A DNA stretch of 64,000 bases from a virus (lineage: Duplodnaviria; Heunggongvirae; Uroviricota; Caudoviricetes): the IMG/VR virus record IMGVR_UViG_3300025693_000001; one strand, 5' to 3'. Of this stretch, positions 63,822 through 64,000 are shown piece after piece. Positions within the stretch are counted from its first letter, which is position 1, and each line of letters opens with the position of its first letter. A model generated the notes under the pieces. It was not told where the DNA came from. It did no database searches and saw only the letters and a program-made list of their open reading frames with translations. The position numbers were made by a program, and so were the translations under genes.

Positions 63822-64000
63822 GTTATCCTCGTAATATCGTAAATTTCTGATAAAACACCAAAGTGTTTATCCTTTAATGGTACTGTTAACGTCTTGGCTC
63901 CAAACTTAATCACCACTCGAACAACATGGTGTCGATCGTTTTCCAGTTTCCATAACTGCAATTCCAGTTCTTCGGTGTCGTGTTTAACGATAGCTATGTT

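Noticed and set aside
1-64000. Possibility that the window is a bacterial chromosome or prophage segment
   Set aside because: No integrase, transposase or att-like features; T4-type late promoters, phage-type tRNA arrays with HNH insertions, rnlA, an endolysin, and near-total single-strand gene packing all point to a lytic T4-like phage genome.
1-64000. CRISPR arrays or other regularly spaced short repeats
   Set aside because: None seen; the only repeats are the tRNA-spacer repeats, the tRNA/HNH paralogues and isolated hairpins.

Overview
This 64 kb window looks like an accessory region of a large T4-like lytic phage, not a bacterial chromosome. Supporting signs: about 40% GC, tightly packed and often overlapping ORFs almost all on the minus strand, three exact T4-type late promoter boxes (TATAAATA), one consensus sigma70 early-type promoter, and rho-independent terminators. 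There is no integrase, transposase, rRNA or CRISPR array.

Main content:
- **tRNA arrays.** Two minus-strand arrays at about 0.7-6.0 kb and 24.0-29.1 kb hold roughly 19 tRNA or tRNA-like genes, all folded by hand. About 11 of the 19 encode their own 3' CCA.
- **Homing endonucleases.** Eight free-standing HNH genes are scattered through the window, including a recent [tRNA+HNH] segmental duplication.
- **NAD+ salvage and ADP-ribose handling.** NAMPT and a bifunctional NMN-adenylyltransferase/Nudix gene (NadM-like) are split by an HNH gene that is flanked by perfect hairpins. They sit beside an NAD+-dependent DNA ligase, a macro-domain protein, and a distant NADAR-family gene inside a tightly coupled six-gene operon.
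- **RNA and tRNA repair.** T4 RnlA-like RNA ligase 1, a CCA-adding enzyme, a GatB/YqeY-domain protein and an SNase-like nuclease.
- **Other recognisable genes.** A RelA/SpoT-type HD small alarmone hydrolase, a nucleoside 2-deoxyribosyltransferase-like protein, a MazG-like pyrophosphatase, a minimal nucleotidyltransferase, an SPFH/band-7 protein, a class-3 lipase, a metallophosphoesterase, an M15 endolysin with a peptidoglycan-binding domain, and a type-IV prepilin-like protein.
- **Plus-strand island (45.1-48.1 kb).** A late-promoter gene, a short PstS-like periplasmic binding protein, and a C-terminal-Phe outer-membrane porin-like beta-barrel.

The most interesting candidate for an undescribed system is the co-localised NAD+/ADP-ribose set together with its uncharacterised neighbours (the NADAR operon and the prepilin/membrane gene group). 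The phosphate-module-like PstS/porin pair and the atypical tRNAs are also worth follow-up.

All calls come from motif reading and manual folding of the raw sequence. No database search was run.
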